Shown in pieces: positions 38,118-46,082 of a stretch of DNA of 46,082 nucleotides. Made by a program: the position numbers and the translations under genes. This stretch comes from Octopus bimaculoides (taxonomy: Eukaryota). The notes beneath the pieces were generated by a model. The model was not told the DNA's origin, did no database searches, and saw only the letters and a list, made by a program, of their open reading frames with translations. Each line of letters begins with the position of its first letter. The stretch's first letter is position 1. Location: assembly GCF_001194135.2 (NCBI RefSeq), contig NC_068992.1:404685-450766 (forward strand), written 5' to 3'.

Positions 38118-38425
38118 AGGCTGTGTGGTAAGTAGCTTGCTTACCAGACACATGGTTCTGAGTTCAGTCCCACTGTGTGGCACCTTGGGTAAGTATCTTC
38201 TGCTATAGCCTCTGGCTATGTGTGTGTTTGTGTGTCTGTGTTTGTTCCCTCACCATTGCTTGACAACTGATACTGGTGTATTTATGTCCCTGTCACTTAG
38301 CGGTTTGGCAAAAGAAACCAATTAAATAAGTACTAGGCTTCCAAAGAATAAGTCCTGGGGTCGATTTGTTCGACTAAAGGTGGTGCTGCAGTCAAATGAC
38401 TGAAACAAGTAAAAGAATTAAAAAA
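38118..38425 (+). mobile_element. SINE family C (internally deleted)
   Basis: ggctgtgtggtaagtagcttgcttacc head through gtcaaatgactgaaacaagtaaaag tail. Confidence 0.85.
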
Positions 38426-39831
38426 ATTTAAATAGGGATAAACTGTTACCTTAATAAAACTGTTCTGTATTTATCTAAGCACCCAGTTTCAGCATAAATG
38501 TCATGGGACTTACCTATGGGTCTCCATTAGTTTTAGAAAATAACTGGACAAAAATTCTAAGGAAACCTAGGCTAAGATTGACTCTCAGGAAGATAACCCA
38601 AAGTAAGGCTGGCATTATTTTCTCTGATAATACTGATTAATAACTGACTTTGCAATACTGGATGACAATAATGGTGCAGATGTGGATTAGAAATCTAAGA
38701 GGTTATACTGATTTTGCAACTGGATTAAATACATGATGGCATGGGTGGAATGTCCATAATGTTCTTTGTGCTTCTGGAACGTTACACAAGCATTGTCTCA
38801 ACATCAGCATCATCTTACATCTATTTTTCCATGGTCATATGGGGTGGATGGATTCTATCCAATACAGCGTCTCACCAGTAGTTTCATTCTCGTGTCATGT
38901 GATTCGGCACCCTAAAATCAGCTTTCTCCACTCCTGCCCATATCTTCCTTGGTCTTCCTCTTCTGTCAGTTCCACCACCATCACCACCATCCTTATCGTC
39001 ATCATTATAGGCTGTTGTTAGCTGAAATTGTAGAGCTCCAGACAAAGTGTCTTGCAGTATGTTGTCAAACACTGTAAAAAAAAAAAAAAAGAAAAAGGAG
39101 TCAAACATCTCTCGTTCTATCTGTTTATATTTTGAGTTAAATTCTGGCATTGTCAACTTTGCCTTTCTTCCTTTCCTGCTTTCCTTCCGGAGGAGACATA
39201 GATATGAAAATTACTAATACTTTTAGAAACAAAATAAATTGTTTATCTACAAATCAGAGATTCTTATCACAAACTGAATAAAAACAAAACAGAAACAAGC
39301 AATGGACCAACATCAAAACTGATAAGAGACTTATGGTGGTGGGTCTGGAGAATAATAGAAAGAATACAGCCAAGAAAATATAAAATAAAATATAAATCAC
39401 TAGTTTATATTCACAACAGCCCAGAAATAAACCTAGATACTGCAGAACATCAATAATATGTGGATGCCTGCAACTGTCTCTCTAATAAAATCAAAGACAG
39501 TACTGTAGCAGACATATAACCAAAATATCTAACAAGTACTCATGAAGTACATATAAATTCCTCTAACACATGTTGATCATATAAATACCAGTGAAGAACT
39601 GGTATTTAATTGATCAAGTCCTAAATGTGTAGTTGTGTGTCTGTGTTGGAAATGTTTTATTGTGTTGTTACTGGGAATCATCCTATTTCACAGAGCTCTA
39701 TTTGGATATTTTCTTCCAAGATCATTAAATGGAATTTCTTTTTGTTTCATCAACAAAATTGTTTGGAATATTTAACGCTGTACCCCATTATCTGGAGTAG
39801 GAAAAATGTTTCTCTAAACATCGTTTTAAAC

Positions 39832-40136
39832 CAGTAGTTCTCAACCATTTTGTTTTTACATATGAATCCCTTTGAGTACAATTTTATTCTGGTGAACCCC
39901 ATAGCCGTTCAATGCTTAAGAACTAGTTTTATACATAATTCTTTCAAAACTCCTATTTTGCTTTCCACATATTAACTTGTGTAGGTTGAACTATGTAAAA
40001 CATCAGAAAAAAAAACCAAGCTGTTACCTGCAGTAAATACATCTAAATCAAAATTAAGGATGCACCTCCAATTTACTATTTCGCTTACGGTGACATCTGC
40101 CAAAAATTTCATTTCAATCCTGGTTGAGAATCATTG
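39832..40136. mobile_element. hAT-like MITE (~305 bp)
   Basis: TIRs cagtagttctcaacc and ggttgagaatcattg. An 8-bp TSD is not clearly preserved. Confidence 0.6.
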
Positions 40137-41879
40137 TGTAATATCATGCATATATTTTTCATGGCACCCATTTGTATTATTGATTGGTCACAATGCTGTA
40201 GTAAGAGATGCCTTGGCCACAATTGTGGTATCTAGATATATGATCCAGCATATTTGGAAAATAAGGATTAAAAGTAAACAAGGAAAAAAAAAAAAAAGAA
40301 AAATGAAAATTCATGACAAATAACTTTTAAAGTCCTGTTGTATTTTCTGAATATAAATCACTGAATCTTGTTAGGAGCAAGAGATTTTGATGAAGTACAA
40401 TTAGTGCAGTATGAAAGTTATATAAATATTGTATGGATTTAATTGAAGTTTGGTGTTGTCATATAATGATCATTGGTGAATGTTGTTTTAACCTGTTGTT
40501 GATTTTACCTGTTGTCATGTCCTTTCACCTGCCAAGATAGGTTGAATGCAGTGAAATTAATTATATGTTAGTGTTTCCACATACATTTACAAGATACTAA
40601 TTCTTGAGTATCAATTTCTTAATTAAATTCTTAATAAATATATCATAATAAATCAATCATTAATAAATATTATCATAAGTTCTAACTCCAATGAACACAT
40701 CTGAAGTGTTAACTGGAAAGTCGAAGGAAGAAAGAATCCAGAGAAATTTATTTGATAAAACACAGCAAATAAAAACATGTAGTTCCAACAGGATGTCTTT
40801 TGACTGGAAGTTCTTTCTAAAATGAGACCAAACTTTGTTTTGTCATACAAAAGAGTGCTTAGTTTGAGTTATTGCCTTCCAAACCACAACACTTTTTCAA
40901 CTGTATTTTCAAGATTTACTGACAAGTGAAGATATCTGCACTGCAGGACATTAAGAGTTAAACAACAGACTCAGTTGTAAACACAATCAGTTACTGTTTG
41001 AGAGAACAAAGAAAAACTAATGGCAATAATATCAAATGAACTGGGAATAACAAAAGAACGACCAACGCCCGTAGGAACTCATCTTTTGCCAATCAGAAAG
41101 AAGTTCTATACAGGGATCATCTTTTGGATTTCATCACTTAAGGCATGTAAACTATTGGAGGACAATTTTTCTGACAATTGTAGCCATTTTTCTTTCAGGA
41201 GTAACCTAGTTTTGGGTGGTCAGCAGAGAGTGATTAAATGTCTTTGGGTTTTGTTGGTATTTGAAAAACCTTAAGTTTCAGGAAGCAAGAAAATTTATTG
41301 TTCTTCAGGCAAAATTTAAAATCGGTTCACAGTTTGGATTGTTCAAATAAAAACTTTGCTGGAGAGTTCCTAATGACTACTTCAAATGCATATGCAAGGG
41401 TAAAAAGACTGCAATCATAAGGGCCAATTTGGGGACTAGTTGTTTGATCTTGGAGGGATTATGTTTGTTTGTGCTGAGCAGAGTGTTGTTAACTGTGTGG
41501 TTGGTTCTAGTAATGCAGGTAAGGTTAAACTGTCATAAATATAGACATTTCCAAAGAAATTGGTTCAGAAAATAAAGTCATTATTATTATTTTTTTTTTG
41601 TGTATGTGTGTGATGGATAAACAGTGTGTGGTGTAGGCTCTATGCAAGAAATTTGGTATGTGAAAAAATGGTATTTTGTACAGGAATTTGGGGAAAATTA
41701 TGTGTTATTATTTTCAAACTGGCATTGACAAATTGCTTGCATAACATTTGTCCCAAAAGCAAAAATGACTTCAACGTTTTGACAAATTAAATATTTTTAG
41801 CCAAATTATTTCAATGCTCAGTGGAATAGAAAACTTTTAAACTTTTTAGGATTTTCTGTTTTTTTTTTTTATCTGCATG

Positions 41880-42240
41880 ATGAAATTTCCTTATCTTCAA
41901 AATTCTTCAGACAATCACACAAATAGCAGACGATTTTCAGAAGAACATACCTGTTCAAACTCATGTTAATGTCCACACCTAGTAATACTAACTTTGAACT
42001 GTAGTGTTGAATAATAACATCCATTCTGTGAAATGAAATACTCTCACCAATCAATTTAAACTTTTGAAGCAATGAATCATCAAGCTGTGATGCACACATT
42101 GGTATATTTGATCTGAGACCTTCAGGTGTAATCTGTTGGCATCTGCATGTATCCAGAAATGATAAATGGCTCTTGAATTTTGCATGAAAACGATTGAGTT
42201 GTTTAACTGATAGAAATGCCGATTTCTCACTTTATGCTTT
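41880..42240 (-). mobile_element. Probable Penelope-like ORF N-terminal remnant
   Basis: Minus strand gives QLNRFHAKFKSHLSFLDTCRCQQITPEGLRSNIP, resembling the R...HL.FL..C....I.P.GL motif upstream of PLE RTs. Confidence 0.5.
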
Positions 42241-42667
42241 GTAATTGAACGAAACAATGTTCTTTGGCCCAGGACTGGGCTTAAAACAGGCGTTCAGTGA
42301 AACTAACAGGGCTGACAAGCCAACTGTGAAAAGGAACCAAACTGCAAAAGCTGTAATTTATATTATGATTTTCCTAGAATACCTGATGGTTCCAGCAGCT
42401 GCTAGAACAAAACATTCCAGTTCTTACAACATAGCATCAATCATGTGCTCAATCTCCTTGTCTTTGATAATTTATGAAGATTGACTTAACAAAGGTGTAT
42501 ACGTGATTATAAAAGTGTGCTATATAATAAAAAAGATAACAAAGATTGAAATAGTGTTTATTCAACACTATTTCAACAGTATGTCTGTCTTCAAATTCAA
42601 AATAAGACAAGAAAAATGAAGAACAAAAATAATGGAAAATACACAAGGAACATTAATCTATTTACCA

Positions 42668-42712
<45 letters not shown>

Positions 42713-42789
42713 ATATTAGTATTATTAATATTATTTATTATTATTATTATTAGTATTATGTAAATTAATGAATTTCCTTAATGTTTCAG

Positions 42790-42956
42790 GTATCAACTGG
42801 TCTGTCACCACAAGTGAAAAAATTCTTTGTTGCCATTTATGCAGACCGATTTCAGTCACAGCCCATTCAGATCTGGGAGATCATCATTCATGCTTTACAG
42901 CGTGTTGATATTCTCTGTGTAGAAGGACAGAAAACCAAGTTTTCTCTTATCCTCAG
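42790..42956 (+). CDS. NPHP4: NPHP4 internal exon (167 nt, phase 0/2): VSTGLSPQVKKFFVAIYADRFQSQPIQIWEIIIHALQRVDILCVEGQKTKFSLIL(R)
   Basis: Matches human [56 protein letters not shown] as recalled. Acceptor atgtttcag, donor CAG|gtaaat. Confidence 0.96.
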
Positions 42957-43632
42957 GTAAATGGAAAAAATAGAAATAATTTTTTGTTGTGTCTTGGGAG
43001 TGTCATAACACCAACAATTATAACACACACACACACACACACACACAGGTTCAATTCCACTTCTTTATTATTAGTCAATTGGTTAAATATCTAAATAACT
43101 AACTACTCAATTATTTGTTTAATGTGTTGGTTAAACAGTCAATCAATCATTTGTCTGTCCATCAAAATTCTTTTATTGTTGTTCGTAACCTTTTCAGTGA
43201 CACATGACTCCTTATTCGCTCCATGGCCTGCAACAGAGAGGCTGAATGAACACTGGTGGAAATTTTGATGACAAGAAACAGTCATTCATATTCTGTCAGT
43301 GTGTCAAAGATCAGCATGGCAGCACGCTCGGCTGAATTGACAGCCATAGTTTGTCCAAATATCCAAGGGAGCCATCACTTAGAAAAATACCAGAAAATGT
43401 CCTCAAAAGCATGACATTACCGTTACTGAATTGGAAATATGTATAGTAGGTATCAGTACTTCAGTGCCACTGTTGCTACCCATGCATTATTTATACATGG
43501 GTGTATCTGTAAGGACAGGCAGGTTGCTAGGTAGGTAGGTAGGTAGGCAATTGTTGAGGGTGGAAGATAGGATTAGAATGACACCAGAATGCAGGTAGGC
43601 TCTTACAAATATACATGTAAAGGTGGTGGGGG

Positions 43633-43858
43633 GGAGCTGGCAGAAACGTTAGCATGCCGGGCGAAATGCTTTGCGGTATTTCGTCTGCCGTTATGTTCTG
43701 AGTTCAAATTCCGCCAAGGTCGACTTTGCCTTTCATCCTTTCGGGGTCGATAAATTAAGTACTAGTTATGCACTTGGGTCAATGTAATCGACTTAATCTC
43801 TTTGTCTGTCCTTGTTTGTCCCCTCTATGTTTAGCCCCTTGTGGGCAATAAAGAAATA
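43633..43858 (+). mobile_element. Family B SINE, young CpG-rich copy
   Basis: gagctggcagaaacgttagcatgccgggcgaaatgc...ccgccaaggtcgactttgcc with most CpGs intact. Confidence 0.9.
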
Positions 43859-45714
43859 ACAAATATACATGTGAATATGTACAATTCTATTTTTTCATTT
43901 ATTTCACATTCATACACATGCATGAACATGTACAGATGAACATGCACACATAAACACACATGAATGTACACAGAGAGGAACATAAGAATGTACAACCATG
44001 CACACACACGCACGCAAGCATATATGTGTATATTAAAGAAAAACACCACATACACACATACACACACACACACACATGCAAAGATACACTCAAATCAGAA
44101 AACACTCGCATGTTCACAAGCAGACATGAACATACACATACAGAGAACCGATTCAACCTCATGAACATGCACAAAATTTTTTCCAACACACAGTTTCACA
44201 TCAAGAATCTTGCAAACCAAATACAAAAATGAAATAAAAATCATATATAGAATATACATGTGTGTGTGTGTGTGAAACTCCCACACTGATAGCGTCATTC
44301 CTTTAGCTTTCACATATATACTGGTTACCATATACTCTCTGCTCAGCACTTTCATTTTTATATTCATACATCTTTTGTACATATGCTTATTTGTAATTCA
44401 TCATTGTCTTTTAATCTATTCTTTTAGACTCACCATTGTTCAGAAATTTTCATTTCTTCATTTATTTTCTGTTGCATCTCTCTTTACAGATTCTGTTGTT
44501 ATTGTTATAAATAAATATAATGTTCACTTCTGTTAGTGATAATATTCCTTCTTCATGTATGCTGCTGCCACCTCTCTCTTAATCAATGCCGGACACCTAA
44601 CCATATTGAGGTTGTTGACAAGTGATTGCGTTTCTTTTAAATGCAGTAAGGGGTCTTTTTTGTCTAGCATTCCCTTCTTTGTGTTGATAGATTTCTTGGA
44701 AATATTCCTTTCCTTTGCATTTGCTACCCATCCTTTTGAAGATGATGTACTAAACGAAAGAATGAAGATACTTACACATCATTGCTCATGTGTATTTGCT
44801 ATGTCTCATTATATGCTTTCATGCAATATTGTTTTGTAATGTTTACATCTAATTGCATAATATGTATTATAATATCCACTATTCACAGAATACATCAAAA
44901 CAGCTGTAAAGACTTATTATATTAAGTTATTTTATGTAACAACTTTGTAAATATATCCATGCATCTATGACTGTTTGTCTGTGTCTCTGCACACACAAAT
45001 ACTCACACATACACACACACGCATCATGCATCACATCATTATTCTATGTCCTCTAGCATGTTTTGGATGGTATGACTAAATCAATTGGCTACAGGACCAC
45101 ATTTTGTTCATATATTTCAGCTGTGGCATTGTTTCTATGGCTGGATATTCTACAAAATGCCAGTCACTTTATAAAAAGTACTAGGTGACTCTTTTCATGA
45201 TACTGGTGCAATCAAATATTCTCACCACACTACACACACACACATACACATATGCTGAAAGAATGATAATTCAAAAACACGCTCCCATTTAAATAAATGA
45301 AAAGCTTGAATTAGTTTAATAATTACTTTCAGAGGTTCACAGCAACAGCGTTCAACCATGAAATAGCATTTACAATAGATACAACCTTAATTAATTCAAC
45401 ACTTAAATCCACTCACAGACATCTTTAAAAAATCTTCTAATTTGTCTGAATCACAAAATCATAAAATATACATATCAAAACAAACTTGACAAAAATTAAG
45501 AAGTAACCTTAATTAGATTAACAAATAAATCTCTAATGAGTAAGTTAATACCATGAATCCAAAAGTACGAAGCTGCAAAGTGAACTTCTGAGCCACACAG
45601 CTCTGCTGGTGTCTTGCTAAATCGTTGTATTATCATTTGCAGGATTTGAACTACATCTGCAGTAAGCAATTTACCCGTGGTAATCACTACATTAATAAGA
45701 TCTATATATATATC

Positions 45715-46061
45715 ATCATCATCATCATCAACACCGTCGTCATCATCATCATCATCATCGTCTAACGTCTGCATTCCATGCTGGCATGGGTTGGACGGTT
45801 TGACTGAGGGCTGGTGAGCCAGAAGGCTGAACCAGCCTCCAATCTGATCCTTAACATAGTTGTCAAGGAGATTCAGTGTGACACAGAATTTGACAAGGCT
45901 GGCCCTTTGAATTACAGGTGCCACTCATTTTTGCCAATTGAATAGACTGGAGCAACGTGAAATAAAGTGTCTTGCTCAAGGACACAATGTGTTCCTGGAA
46001 ATTGAACTTACGACCTTGTGATCATGAGGTGAATACTCTAACCACTAAGCCATATGCCTTC
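45715..46061. mobile_element. Family D fragment (45715-45850, +) followed by a family A SINE (45918-46061, -)
   Basis: (CAT)n cgtctaacgtctgcattccatgctggcatgggttggacgg, then the family A body and head in reverse. Confidence 0.8.
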
Positions 46062-46082
46062 ATATATATATATATATATATA

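Noticed and set aside
40860-41800. Possible second, highly decayed mariner transposase (IISNELGIT..., TGIDKLL)
   Set aside because: Only two short motif echoes and no TIRs identified; too weak to call.
45643-45661. 19-nt segment with good acceptor and gtaagc donor
   Set aside because: In the required phase it gives an immediate stop (R-I-*) and has no homology.

Overview
AT-rich, microsatellite- and SINE-dense animal genomic DNA with seven assembly gaps. The repeat families and composition look like an octopus/coleoid cephalopod genome (inference). Almost all listed ORFs are microsatellite or repeat noise. The only host gene I can support is the 3' part of nephrocystin-4 (NPHP4, ciliary transition zone) on the + strand: four exons (10715-10795, 27069-27225, 35328-35446, 42790-42956) that splice in frame with GT-AG ends. 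The gene continues beyond both window edges. The introns hold tRNA-derived SINEs, RTE-type LINE and Penelope-like (PLE) remnants, and mariner, piggyBac-like and hAT-like MITEs. The most interesting signals are RNA-structural. (1) A near-complete type I hammerhead ribozyme fold at 273-339 sits inside an apparent 527-bp repeat unit. (2) A tRNA-headed, (AAT)n-containing short retroelement carries a second, minimal hammerhead and occurs at three loci, each time as an inverted or head-to-head structure. (3) A 257-bp insert encoding two C2H2 fingers has a long direct repeat and a 5' snap-back hairpin. All folds and translations were done by eye; nothing was searched or computed.
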